Assembly (NCBI RefSeq): GCF_046119375.1 | Contig: NW_027362764.1 | Coordinates: forward strand, 806,992,001-807,056,000 | Origin: Phyllobates terribilis | Lineage: Eukaryota | Length of the DNA stretch: 64,000 bases | Direction: 5' to 3' | Part shown: positions 34,118 through 49,400 of the stretch, in pieces | How positions within the stretch are numbered: the stretch's first letter is position 1 | Layout: each line of letters starts with the position of its first letter | The notes under the pieces: generated by a model | Told to the model about the DNA's origin: nothing | Database searches by the model: none | Seen by the model: the letters and a program-made list of their open reading frames with translations, nothing else | Program-made: the position numbers and the translations under genes

Positions 34118-37100
34118 CATCATCTACAGATCACCCATAACTGCATCATCTACAGATCCCCCATAACAGCGCGTCATCCACAGATCCCCCATAACAACGT
34201 GTCATCCACAGATCCCCCATAACAGCGTGTCATCCACAGATCCCCCATAACAGTGCATCATCCACAGATCCTCCATAACAGCGCATCATCCACAGATCCC
34301 CCATAACAGCGCGTCATCCACAGATCCCCCATAACAGTGCGTCGTCCACAGATCCCCCATAACAGTGTCATCCACAGATCCCCCATAACAGTGCGTCATC
34401 CACAGATCCCCCATAACAGCGCGTCATCCACAGATCCCCCGTAACAGCGCGTCATCCACAGATCCCCCATAACAGCGCGTAATCCGCAGATCCCCCATAA
34501 CAGCGCATCATCCACAGATCCCCCATAACAGCGAGTAATCCGCAGATCCCCCATAACAGCGCGTCATCCACAGATCCCCCATAACAGCGCGTAATCCGCA
34601 GATCTCTCATAACAGCGCGTCATCCACAGATCCCCCATAACAGCGCGTCATCCACAGATCCCCCATAACAGTGTCATCCACAGATCCCCCATAACAACGC
34701 GTCATCCACAGATCCCCCATAACAACGCATCATCCACAGATCCCCCATAACAACGCATCATCCACAGATCCTCCATAACAGTGCATCATCCACAGATCCT
34801 CCATAACAGCGCATCATCCACAGATCCCCCATAACAGCGCGTCATCCGCAGATCCCCCATAACAGCGTGTCATCCACAGATCCTCCATAACAGCGCGTCA
34901 TCCACAGATCCTCCATAACAGAGCGTCATCCACAGATCCCCCATAACAGCGCGCCATCCACAGATCCCCCATAACAGCGCGTAATCCACAGATCCCCAAT
35001 AACAGTGTGCCATCCACAGATCCTCCATAACAGTGCGTCATCCACAGATCCACCATAACAGTGCATCATCCACAGATCCTCCATAACAGCGCATCATCCA
35101 CAGATCCCCCATAACAGCGCGTCATCCACAGATCCCCCATAACAGTGCATCATCCACAGATCCTCCATAACAGCGCATCATCCACAGATCCCCCATAACA
35201 GCGCGTCATCCACAGATCCCCCATAACAGTGCGTCGTCCACAGATCCCCCATAACAGTGTCATCCACAGATCCCCCATAACAGTGCGTCATCCACAGATC
35301 CCCCATAACAGCGCGTCATCCACAGATCCCCCGTAACAGCGCGTCATCCACAGATCCCCCATAACAGCGCGTAATCCGCAGATCCCCCATAACAGCGCAT
35401 CATCCACAGATCCCCCATAACAGCGAGTAATCCGCAGATCCCCCATAACAGCGCGTCATCCACAGATCCCCCATAACAGCGCGTAATCCGCAGATCTCTC
35501 ATAACAGCGCGTCATCCACAGATCCCCCATAACAGCGCGTCATCCACAGATCCCCCATAACAGTGTCATCCACAGATCCCCCATAACAACGCGTCATCCA
35601 CAGATCCCCCATAACAACGCATCATCCACAGATCCCCCATAACAACGCATCATCCACAGATCCTCCATAACAGTGCATCATCCACAGATCCTCCATAACA
35701 GCGCATCATCCACAGATCCCCCATAACAGCGCGTCATCCGCAGATCCCCCATAACAGCGTGTCATCCACAGATCCTCCATAACAGCGCGTCATCCACAGA
35801 TCCTCCATAACAGAGCGTCATCCACAGATCCCCCATAACAGCGCGCCATCCACAGATCCCCCATAACAGCGCGTAATCCACAGATCCCCAATAACAGTGT
35901 GCCATCCACAGATCCTCCATAACAGTGCGTCATCCACAGATCCACCATAACAGCGCGTCATCCACAGATCCCCCATAACAGAGCATCATCCACAGATCCC
36001 CCATAACAGAGCATCATCCACAGATCCCCCATAACAGCGCGCCATCCACAGATCCCCCATAACAGCGCGTAATCCACAGATCCCCCATAACAGTGTGCCA
36101 TCCACAGATCCTCCATAACAGTGTGTCATCCACAGATCCTCCATAACAGTGCGTCATCCACAGATCCCCCATAACAGTGCATCATCCACAGATCCCCCAT
36201 AACAGAGCATCATCCACAGATCCCCCATAACAGCGCGCCATCCACAGATCCCCCATAACAGCGCGTAATCCACAGATCCCCCATAACAGTGTGCCATCCA
36301 CAGATCCTCCATAACAGTGCGTCATCCACAGATCCCCCATAACAGCGCGTCATCCACAGATCCTCCATAACAGTGCGTCATCCACAGATCCTCCATAACA
36401 GTGCGTCATCCACAGATCCCCCATAACAGCGCGTCATCCGCAGATCCTCCATAACAGCGCGTCATCCACAGATCCCCCATAACAGCGAGTAATCCACAGA
36501 TCCTCCATAACAGCGCGCCATCCACAGATCCCCCATAACAGTGCATCATCCACAGATCCCCCATAACAGCGCGTCATCCACAGATCCCCCATAACAGCGC
36601 GCCATCCACAGATCCTCCATAACAGTGCGCCATCCACAGATCCTCCATAACAGCGCGTCATCCACAGATCCCCCATAACAGCGCGCCATCCACAGATCCT
36701 CCATAACAGCGCGTCATCCACAGATCCTCCATAACAGTGCGTCATCCACAGATCCCCCATAACAGCGCGCCATCCACAGATCCTCCATAACAGTGCGCCA
36801 TCCACAGATCCTCCATAACAGCGCGTCATCCACAGATCCCCCATAACAGCGCGCCATCCACAGATCCTCCATAACAGCGCGTCATCCACAGATCCCCCAT
36901 AACAGCGCGTCATCCACAGATCCCCCATAACAGCGCGCCATCCACAGATCCTCCATTACAGCGCGCCATCCACAGATCCTCCATAACAGTGCGTCATCCA
37001 CAGATCCCCCATAACAGCGAGTCATCCACAGATCCCCCATAACAGCGCGTCATCCACAGATCCCCCATAACAGTGCGTCATCCACAGATCCCCCATAACA

Positions 37101-40100
37101 GTGCGTCATCCACAGATCCCCCATAACAGCGCGTCATCCACAGATCCCCCATAACAGAGCGTCATCCACAGATCCCCCATAACAACGCGTCATCCACAGA
37201 TCCTCCATAACAGTGCGTCATCCACAGATCTCCCATAACAGTGCGTCATCCACAGATCCCCCATAACAGAGCATCATCCACAGATCCCCCATAACAGTGC
37301 GTCATCCGCAGATCCCCCATAACAGAGCATCATCCACAGATCCCCCATAACAGAGCGTCATCCACAGATCCCCCATAACAGAGCATCATCCACAGATCCC
37401 CCATAACAGTGCGTCATCCGCAGATCCTCCATAACAGAGCATCATCCACAGATCCTCCATAACAGAGCGTCATCCGCAGATCCCCCATAACAGCGCGTCA
37501 TTCACAGATCCCCTATAACAGCGCGTCATCCACAGATCCCCCATAACAGCGAGCCATCCACAGATCCCCCATAACAGCGAGCCATCCACAGATCCTCCAT
37601 AACAGTGTGTCATCCACAGATCCCCCATAACAGTGCGTCATCCACAGATCCTCCATAACAGCGAGTCATCCACAGATCCCCCATAACAGTGCGACATCCA
37701 CAGATCCCCCATAACAGTGCGTAATCCGCAGATCCTCCATAACAGAGCATCATCCACAGATCCCCCATAACAGCGCGCCATCCACAGATCCCCCATAACA
37801 GCGTCATCCACAGATCCCCCATAACAGCGCGTCATCTACAGATCCCCCATAACAGTGTGTCATCCACAGATCCCCCATAACAGTGCGTCATCCACAGATC
37901 CTCCATAACAGCGAGTCATCCACAGATCCCCCATAACAGTGCGACATCCACAGATCCCCCATAACAGTGCGTAATCCGCAGATCCTCCATAACAGAGCAT
38001 CATCCACAGATCCCCCATAACAGCGCGCCATCCACAGATCCCCCATAACAGCGTCATCCACAGATCCCCCATAACAGCGCGTCATCTACAGATCCCCCAT
38101 AACAGTGTTTCATCCACAGAACCCCCATAACAGCGCGTCATCCACAGATCCCCCATAACAGAGCATCATCCACAGATCCCCCATAACAGCGCGTCATCCA
38201 CAGATCCCCCATAACAGAGCATCATCCACAGATCCCCCATAACAGTGCGTCATTCACAGATCCCCTATAACAGCGCGTCATCCACAGATCCCCCATAACA
38301 GCGCGCCATCCACAGATCCCCCATAACAGCGCGTCATCCACAGATCCCCCATAACAGCGCGTCATCCACAGATCCCCCATAACAGCGCGTCATCCACAGA
38401 TCCCCCATAACAGTGCATCATCCACAGATCCACCATAACAGCGAGTCATCCACAGATCCCCCATAACAGTGCATCATCCACAGATCCCCCATGACAGTGC
38501 ATCATCCACAGATCCTCCATAACAGTGCGTCATCCACAGATCCTCCATAAGAGCGCGTCATCCGCAGATCCCCCATAACAGCGCGTCATCCACAGATCCC
38601 CCATAACAGTGCATCATCCACAGATCCCCCATAACAGTGCATCATCCACAGATCCCCCATAACAGCGCATCATCCACAGATCCTCCATAACAGTGCATCA
38701 TCCACAAATCCTCCATAACAGCGCGTCATCCACAGATCCCCCATAACAGTGCATCATCCACAAATCCTCCATAACAGCGCGTCATCCACAGATCCCCCAT
38801 AACAGTGCGTCATCCACAGATCCTCCATAACAGCGCGTCATCCACAGATCCCCCATAACAGCGCGTCATCCACAGATCCCCCATAACAGCGCGTCATCCA
38901 CAGATCCCCCATAACAGCGCGTCATCCACAGATCCCCCATAACAGCGCGTCATCCACAGATCCCCCATAACAGCACATCATCCACACATCCCCCATAACA
39001 GCGAGTCATCCGCAGATCCCCCATAACAGCGCGTCATCCACAGATCCCCCATAACAGCACATCATCCACACATCCCCCATAACAGCACGTCATCCACAGA
39101 TCCTCCATAACAGCGCGTCATCCACAGATCCTCCATAACAGTGCGCCATCCACAGATCCCCCGTAACAGCGTCATCCACAGATCCCCCATAACAGCGTCA
39201 TCCACAGATCCCCCATAACAGCGTGTCATCCACAGATCCCCCATAACAGCGTGTCATCCACAGATCCCCCATAACAGTGTCATCCACAGATCCCCCATAA
39301 CAGCGCGTCATCCACAGATCCCCCATAACAGCGTCATCCGCAGATCCCCCATAACAGCGCGCCATCCACAGATCCCCCATAACAGTGCATCATCCACAGA
39401 TCCCCCATAACAGTGCATCATCCACAGATCCCCCATAACAGAGCGTCATCCACAGATCCCCCATAACAGCGCGTCATCCACAGATCCCCCATAACAGCGT
39501 CATCCGCAGATCCCCCATAACAGTGCATCATCCACAGATCCCCATAACAGTGCGTCATCCACAGATCCCCCATAACAGAGTGTCATCCACAGATCCCCCA
39601 TAACAGCGCGTCATCCACAGATCCCCCATAACAGAGTGTCATCCACAGATCCTCCATAACAGCGCGTCATCCGCAGATCCCCCATAACAGCGCGTCATCC
39701 ACAGATCCCCCATAACAGTGCGTCATCCACAGATCCTCCATAAGAGCGCGTCATCCGCAGATCCCCCATAACAGCGCGTCATCCACAGATCCCCCATAAC
39801 AGTGCGTCATCCACAGATCCCCCATAACAGTGTGTCATCCACAGATCCCCCATAACAGCGCGTCATCCACAGATCCCCCATAATAGCGCGCCATCCACAG
39901 ATCCCCTATAACAGTGTGTCATCCACAGATCCCCCATAACAGCGCGTCATCCACAGATCCTCCATAACAGCGCATCATCCACAGATCCCCCATAACAGTG
40001 TCATCCGCAGATCCTCCATAACAACGCGTCATCCACAGATCCTCCATAACAGCGCATCATCCACAGATCCCCCATAACAGTGTCATCAGCAGATCCTCCA

Positions 40101-43100
40101 TAACAGCGCGTCATCCACAGATCCCCCATAACAGCGCGTCATCCACAGATCCTCCATAACAGCGCGTCATCCGCAGATCCCCCATAATAGCGCGTCATCC
40201 ACAGATCACCCATAACAGAGCATCATCCACAGATCCCCCATAACAGTGTCATCCACAGATCCCCCATAACAGAGCGTCATCCACAGATCCCCCATAACAG
40301 AGCATCATCCACAGATCCCCCATAACAGTGCATCATCCACAGATCCTCCATAACAGTGCGTCATCCACAGATCCTCCATAACAGCGCATCATCCACAGAT
40401 CCCCCATAACAGTGCATCATCCACAGATCCACCATAACAGCGCGTCATCCACAGATCCCCCATAACAGTGCATCATCCACAGATCCCCCATAACAGTGCA
40501 TCATCCACAGATCCACCATAACAGCGCGTCATCCACAGATCCCCCATAACAGTGCATCATCCACAGATCCCCCATAACAGTGCATCATCCACAGATCCTC
40601 CATAACAGCGCATCATCCACAGATCCCCCATAACAGTGCATCATCCACAGATCCTCCATAACAGCGCGTCATCCACATATCCCCCATAACAGCGCGTCAT
40701 CCACAGATCCTCCATAACAGCGCGTCATCCACAGATCCCCCATAACAGCGCGTCATCCACAGATCCCCCATAACAGCGCGTCATCCACAGATCCCCCATA
40801 ACAGCGCGTCATCCACAGATCCCCCATAACAGCGCGTTATCCAGAGATCCCCCATAACAGCACATCATCCACACATCCCCCATAACAGCACGTCATCCAC
40901 AGATCCTCCATAACAACGCGTCATCCACAGATCCCCCGTAACAGCGTCATCCACAGATCCCCCGTAACAGCGTCATCCACAGATCCCCCATAACAGCGTG
41001 TCATCCACAGATCCCCCATAACAGCGTGTCATCCACAGATCCCCCATAACAGTGTCATCCACAGATCCCCCATAACAGCGCGTCATCCACAGATCCCCCA
41101 TAACAGCGTCATCCGCAGATCCCCCATAACAGCGCGCGATCCACAGATCCCCCATAACAGTGCATCATCCACAGATCCCCCATAACAGTGCGTCATCCAC
41201 AGATCCCCCATAACAGAGCGTCATCCACAGATCCCCCATAACAGCGCGTCATCCACAGATCCCCCATAACAGCGTCATCCGCAGATCCCCCATAACAGCG
41301 CGCCATCCACAGATCCCCCATAACAGTGCATCATCCACAGATCCCCCATAACAGTGCGTCATCCACAGATCCCCCATAACAGAGTGTCATCCACAGATCC
41401 CCCATAACAGCGCGTCATCCACAGATCCCCCATAACAGAGTGTCATCCACAGATCCTCCATAACAGCGCGTCATCCGCAGATCCCCCATAACAGCGCGTC
41501 ATCCACAGATCCCCCATAACAGTGCGTCATCCACAGATCCTCCATAAGAGCGCGTCATCCGCAGATCCCCCATAACAGCGCATCATCCACAGATCCCCCA
41601 TAACAGCGCACCATCCACAGATCCCCCATAACAGCGCGTCATCCACAGATCCCCCATAACAGTGTGTCATCCACAGATCCCCCATAACAGTGTGTCATCC
41701 ACAGATCCCCCATAACAGCGCGTCATCCACAGATCCCCCATAATAGCGCGCCATCCACAGATCCCCTATAACAGTGTGTCATCCACAGATCCCCCATAAC
41801 AGCGCGTCATCCACAGATCCTCCATAACAGCGCATCATCCACAGATCCCCCATAACAGTGTCATCCGCAGATCCTCCATAACAGTGAGTCATAAACAGAT
41901 CCCCCATCACAGTGCGTCATCTACAGATCCCCCATAACAGTGCGTCATCCACAGATCCTCCATAACAGCGCATCATCCACAGATCCCCCATAACAGTGTC
42001 ATCCGCAGATCCTCCATAACAGCGCGTCATCCACAGATCCCCCATAACAGCGCGTCATCCACAGATCCTCCATAACAGCGCGTCATCCGCAGATCCCCCA
42101 TAACAGCGCGTCATCCACAGATCCCCCATAACAGAGCGTCATCCACAGATCCCCCATAACAGAGCATCATCCACAGATCCCCCATAACAGTGTCATCCAC
42201 AGATCCCCCATAACAGAGCATCATCCACAGATCCCCCATAACAGTGTCATCCACAGATCCCCCATAACAGTGTCATCCACAGATCCCCCATAACAGTGCG
42301 TCATCCACAGATCCCCCATAACAGCGCGTCATCCACAGATCCCCCATAACAGTGTGTCATCCACAGATCCCCCATAACAGCGCGCCATCCACAGATCCCC
42401 CATAACAGTGTCATCCACAGATCCCCCATAACAGCTTCATCCACAGATCCCCTATAACAGCGCGTCATCCACAGATCCCCCATAACAGCGCGTCATCCAC
42501 AGATCCCCCATAACAGTGTCATCCACAGATCTCCCATAACAGCGCGCCATCCACAGATCCCCCATAACAGTGTCATCCACAGATCCCCCATAACAGCGTG
42601 CCATCCACAGATCCCCCATAACAGTGTCTTCCACAGATCCCCCATAACAGCGCGTCATCCACAGATCCTCCATAACAGCGCGTCATCCGCAGATCCCCCA
42701 TAACAGCGCGTCATCCACAGATCCCCCATAACAGTGTCATCAACAGATCCCCCATAACAGCGCGCCATCCACAGATCCCCCATAACAGTGCGTCATCCAC
42801 AGATCCCCCATAACAGTGCGCCATACACAGATCCCCCATAACAGCGCGTAATCCGCAGATCCCCCATAACAGTGCGTCATCCGCAGATCCCCCATAACAG
42901 CGTCATCCACAGATCCCCCATAACAGTGCATCCTCCACAGATCCCCATAACAGTGCGTCATCCACAGATCCCCCATAACAGTGACATCCACAGATCCCCC
43001 ATAACAGCGCGTCATCCGCAGATCCCCCATAACAGCGCGTCATCCACAGATCCCCGATAACAGTGTCATCGACAGATCCCCCATAACAGCGCACCATCCA

Positions 43101-46046
43101 CAGATCCCCCATAACAGCGTCATCCACAGATCCCCCATAACAGTGCGTCATCCACAGATCCCCCATAACAGTGTGTCATCCACAGATCCCCCATAACAGC
43201 GCGTCATCCACAGATCCCCTATAACAGCGCGTCATCCACAGATCCCCTATAACAGTGCGTCATCCACAGATCCCCCATAATAGCGCGTCATCCACAGATC
43301 CCCCATAACAGCGCGTCATCCACAGATCCCCCATAACAGTGCGTAATCCGCAGATCCCCCATAACAGCGCGTCATCCACAGATCCCCCATAACAGTGCGT
43401 CATCCACAGATCCCCCATAACAGTGCGTCATCCACAGATCCCCCATAACAGCGCGTAATCCGCAGATCCCCCATAACAGCTTCATCCACAGTTGCCCCAT
43501 AACAGTGCATCATCCCCAGATCCTCCATAACAGTGCATAATCCGCAGATCCCCCATAACAGCGCGTAATCCGCAGATCCCTCATAACAGCGCGTCCTCCA
43601 CAGATCCCCCATAACAGCGCGTCATCCACAGATCCCCCATAACAGCGCGTCATCCACAGATCCCCCATAACAGCGCGTCATCCACAGATCCCCCATAACA
43701 GAGCGTCATCCACAGATCCTCCATAACAGCGTGTCATCCACAGATCCCCCATAACAGCACGTCATCCACAGATCCCCCATAACAGCGCGTCATCCACAGA
43801 TCCCCCATAACAGCACGTCATCCACAGATCCCCCATAACAGCACGTCATCCACAGATCCTCCATAACAGCGTGTCATCCACAGATCCCCCATAACAGCGC
43901 GTCATCCACAGATCCCCCATAACAGAGCGTCATCCACAGATCCTCCATAACAGCGTGTCATCCACAGATCCCCCATAACAGCGCGTCATCCACAGATCCT
44001 CCATAACAGTGCGTCATCCACAGATCCCCCATAACAGCGCGTCATCCACAGATCCCCCATAACAGCACGTCATCCACAGATCCCCCATAACAGCACGTCA
44101 TCCACAGATCCTCCATAACAGCGTGTCATCCACAGATCCCCCATAACAGCGCGTCATCCACAGATCCCCCATAACAGAGCGTCATCCACAGATCCTCCAT
44201 AACAGCGTGTCATCCACAGATCCCCCATAACAGCGCGTCATCCACAGATCCTCCATAACAGTGCGTCATCCACAGATCCCCCATAACAGCGAGTCATCCA
44301 CAGATCCCCCATAACAGCGAGTCATCCACAGATCCCCCATAACAGCGCGTCATCCACAGATCCCCCATAACAGAGCGTCATCCACAGATCCCCCATAACA
44401 GTGTGTCATCCACAGATCCTCCATAACAGTGCGTCATCCACAGATCCCCCATAACAGCGAGTCATCCACAGATCCCCCATAACAGTGCGTCATCCACAGA
44501 TTCCCCATAACAGAGCGTCATCCACAGATCCCCCATAACAGTGCGTCATCCGCAGATCCCCCATAACAGCGCGTCATCCACAGATCCCCCATAACAGCGC
44601 GTCATCCACAGATCCCCCATAACAGCGCGTCATCCACAGATCCCCCATAACAGCGCGTCATCCACAGATCCCCCATAACAGCGCGTCATCCACAGATCCC
44701 CCATAACAGCGCATCATCCACAGATCCCCCATAACAGAGCGTCATCCACAGATCCCCCATAACAGCGAGTCATCCACAGATCCCCTATAACAGCGCGTCA
44801 TCCACAGATCCTCCATAACAGCGAGTCATCCACAGATCCCCTATAACAGCGAGTCATCCACAGATCCCCCATAACAGCGCGTCATCCACAGATCCCCCAT
44901 AACAGCGCGTCATCCACAGATCCCCCATAACAGCGCATCATCCACAGATCCCCCATAACAGTGCGTCATCCACAGATCCCCCATAACAGCGCGTCATCCA
45001 CAGATCCCCCATAACAGAGCGTCATCCACAGATCCCCCATAACAGTGTGTCATCCACAGATCCTCCATAACAGTGCGTCATCCACAGATCCCCCATAACA
45101 GCGAGTCATCCACAGATCCCCCATAACAGTGCGTCATGCACAGATCCCCCATAACAGAGCGTCATCCACAGATCCCCCATAACAGTGCGTCATCCACAGA
45201 TCCCCCATAACAGAGCGTCATCCACAGATCCCCCATAACAGTGTGTCATCCACAGATCCTCCATAACAGTGCGTCATCCACAGATCCCCCATAACAGCGA
45301 GTCATCCACAGATCCCCCATAACAGAGCGTCATCCACAGATCCCCCATAACAGTGCGTCATCCACAGATCCCCCATAACAGCGCGTCATCCACAGATCCC
45401 CCATAACAGCGCGTCATCCACAGATCCCCCATAACAGCGCGTCATCCACAGATCCCCCATAACAGAGCGTCATCCACAGATCCCCCATAACAGTGCATCA
45501 TCCACAGATCCCCCATAACAGCGCGTCATCCACAGATCCCCCATAACAGTGCGTCATCCACAGATCCCCCATAACAGCGCATCATCCGCAGATCCCCCAT
45601 AAGAGCGCGTCACCCACAGATCCCCCATAACAGCACATCATCCACAGATCCTCCATAACAGCGCATCATCCACAGAACCCCCATAACAGCACATCATCAA
45701 CAGATCCTCCATAACAGCGCATCATCCACAGATCCCCCATAACAGTGCGTCATCCACAGATCCTCCATAACAGTGCGTCATCCACAGATCCCCCATAACA
45801 GTGCGTCATCCACAGATCCCCCATAACAGTGCGTCATCCACAGATCCTCCATAACAGTGCGTCATCCACAGATCCCCCATAACAGTGCGTCATCCACAGA
45901 TCTTCCATAACAGTGCGTCATCCACAGATCCTCCATAACAGTGCGTCATCCACAGATCCCCCATAACAGTGCGTCATCCACAGATCCCCCATAACAGTGC
46001 GTCATCCACAGATCCCCCATAACAGCGCGTCATCCACAGATCCCCC
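34118..46046 (+). repeat. 28-bp satellite with 26-bp variants, about 430 copies, 11.9 kb
   Basis: Monomer AACAGCGCGTCATCCACAGATCCCCCAT. Variation is concentrated in the CAG-NNNN-TCAT segment. Confidence 0.99.
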
Positions 46047-46461
46047 TATATGACTCCCCTCTCCTGAAGTCCTCTGTGCTGCTGTAGGGTCTCTCACTAT
46101 TTGGGGCAGCAGCTCTTCCTCCTCTTTCCTCGTTGGATCGTTTTCCTGCAGTTTTATGTTCTCTGCTGATTTTACTTTCTGTAAATCCCTCGTCCTACAG
46201 CGGCGATTCTGGGAAGCCATATATCTCCGTCCCCGTCTGTGCGCGCAGTTTACGGCTCCACCACTGACCTAATCATAACCTATTAATTACCACCGTAAAT
46301 CCTGCCACGTTCCACGGAGCAACGCAACGCAGAGAAGCGCCAGGTTACACCGCGGCTCCAGGGACCCTAAATCTGCCGGAGGAGGAGGACATCGCACCGG
46401 GCCGACCGCGGAGAAACCAGCGCCGTGCGGCACCGCAACGTGACACGGCCGAGAGATAAGG
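46047..46461. promoter_or_regulatory. 415-bp CpG-rich unique island between two satellites
   Basis: Many CpGs at 46200-46455, TAATCA and TAATTA motifs at about 46270-46290, and AGATAAG at the satellite junction. Function is inferred only. Confidence 0.3.
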
Positions 46462-49400
46462 GCAGTCCCATGTAACACCACAGATAACACAGTGATAACT
46501 CTGGGTACAGATACTGTAGTAGATGTCACCAGCAGTCCTATGTAACACCACAGATAACACAGTGATAACTCTGAGTACAGATAATGTAGTAGATGTCACC
46601 TGCAGTCCTATGTAACACCACAGATAACACAGTGATAACTCTCTGAGTACAGATAATGTAGGAGATGTCACCTGCAGTCCTATGTAACACCACAGATAAC
46701 ACAGTGATAACTCTCTGAGTACAGATAATGTAGTAGATGTCACCTGCAGTCCTATGTAACACCACAGATAACACAGTGATAACTCTCTGAGTACAGATAA
46801 TGTAGTAGATTTCACCTGCAGTCCTATGTAACACCACAGATAACACCGTGATATCTCTCTGACTACAGATAATGTAGTAGATGTCACCTGCAGTCCTATG
46901 TAACACCACAGATAACAGTGATAACTCTCTGAGTACAGATAATGTAGTAGATGTCACCTGCAGTCCTATGTAACACCACAGATAACACAGTGATAACTCT
47001 CTGAGTACAGATAATGTAGTAGATGACACCTGCAGTCCTATGTAACACCACAGATAACACAGTGATAACTCTCTGAGTACAGATAATGTAGTAGATGTCA
47101 CCTGCAGTCCTATGTAACACCACGGATAACACAGTGATAACTCTGAGCACAGATAATGTAGTAGATGTTACCTGCAGTCCTATGTAACACCACAGATAAC
47201 ACCGTGATAACTCCCTGAGTACAGATAATGTAGTAGATGTCACCTGCAGTCCTATGTAATTCCACAGATAACACAGTGATAACTCTCTGAGTACAGATAA
47301 TGTAGTAGATGTCACCTGCAGTCCTATGTAACACCACGGATAACACAGTGATAACTCTGAGCACAGATAATGTAGTAGATGTCACCTGCAGTCCTATGTA
47401 ACACCACAGATAACACAGTGATAACTCTCTGAGTACAGATAATGTAGTAGATGTCGCCTGCAGTCCTATGTAACACCACAGATAACACAGTGATAACTCT
47501 CTGAGTACAGATAATGTAGTAGATGTCGCCTGCAGTCCTATGTAACTCCACAGATAACACAGTGATAACTCTCTGAGTACAGATAATGTAGTAGATGTCG
47601 CCTGCAGTCCTATGTAACTCCACAGATAACACAGTGATAACTCTCTGAGTACAGATAATGTAGTAGATGTCACCTGTAGTCCTATGTAACACCACGGATA
47701 ACACAGTGATAACTCTGAGCACAGATAATGTAGTAGATGTTACCTGCAGTCCTATGTAACACCACAGATAACACCGTGATACCTCTCTGAGTACAGATAA
47801 TGTAGTAGATGTCACCTGCAGTCCTATGTAACACCACAGATAACACAGTGATAACTCCCTGAGTACAGATAATGTAGTAGATGTCACCTGCAGTCCTATG
47901 TAACTCCACAGATAACACAGTGATAACTCTCTGAGTACAGATAATGTAGTAGATGTCACCTGCAGTCCTATGTAACACCACAGATAGCACAGTGATAACT
48001 CTCTGAGTACAGATAATGTAGTAGATGTCACCTGCAGTCCTATGTAACTCCACAGATAACACAGTGATAACTCTCTGAGTACAGATAATGTAGTAGATGT
48101 CACCTGCAGTCCTATGTAACACCACAGATAACACAGTGATAACTCTCTGAGTACAGATAATGTAGTAGATGTCACCTGCAGTCCTATGTAACACCACAGA
48201 TAACACAGTGATATCTCTCTGAGTACAGATAATGTAGTAAATGTCACCTGCAGTCCTATGTAACACCACAGATAACACAGTGATAACTCTCTGAGCACTG
48301 ATAATGTAGTAGATGTCACCTGCAGTCCTATGTAACACTACAGATAACACCGTGATATCTCTCTGAGTACAGATAATGTAGTAAATGTCACCTGCAGTCC
48401 TATGTAACACCACAGATAACACAGTGATAACTCTCTGAGTACAGATAATGTAGTAAATGTCACCTGCAGTCCTATGTAACACCACAGATAACACAGTGAT
48501 AACTCTCTGAGTAGAGATAAAGTAGTAGAGGTCACCTGCAGTCCTATGTAACACCACGGATAACACAGTGATAACTCTGAGCACAGATAATGTAGTAGAT
48601 GTTACCTGCAGTCCCATGTAACACCACAGATAACACAGTGATAACTCTCTGAGTACAGATAATGTAGTAGATGTCACCTGCAGTCCTATGTAACACCACA
48701 GATAACACAGTGATAACTCTCTGAGTACAGATAATGTAGTAGATGTCACCTGCAGTCCTATGTAACACCACAGATAACACAGTGATAACTCTCTGAGCAC
48801 TGATAATGTAGTAGATGTCACCTGCAGTCCTATGTAACACTACAGATAACACCGTGATTTCTCTCTGAGTACAGATAATGTAGTAAATGTCACCTGCAGT
48901 CCTATGTAACACCACAGATAACACAGTGATAACTCTCTGAGTAGAGATAAAGTAGTAGAGGTCACCTGCAGTCCTATGTAACACCACGGATAACACAGTG
49001 ATAACTCTCTGAGTACAGATAATGCAGTAGATGTCACCTGCAGTCCTATGTAACACCACAGATAACACAGTGATAACTCTCTGAGTACAGATAATGTAGT
49101 AGATGTCACTTGCAGTCCTATGTAACACCACAGATAACACAGTGATAACTCTCTGAGTACAGATAATGCAGTAGATGTCACCTGCAGTCCTATGTAACAC
49201 CACAGATAACACAGTGATAACTCTCTGAGTACAGATAATGTAGTAGATGTCACCTGCAGTCCTATGTAACACCACAGATAACACACTGATAACTCTCTGA
49301 GTACAGATAATGTAGTAGATGTCACATGCAGTCCTATGTAACACCACAGATAACACACTGATAACTCTCTGAGTACAGATAATGTAGTAGATGTCACCTG

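Noticed and set aside
34118-46046. Shared words (CCACAGAT, ATAAC, CAGTG) between the 28-bp and 72-bp monomers suggesting common ancestry
   Set aside because: The matches are too short and need gaps; they cannot be distinguished from compositional coincidence by eye.
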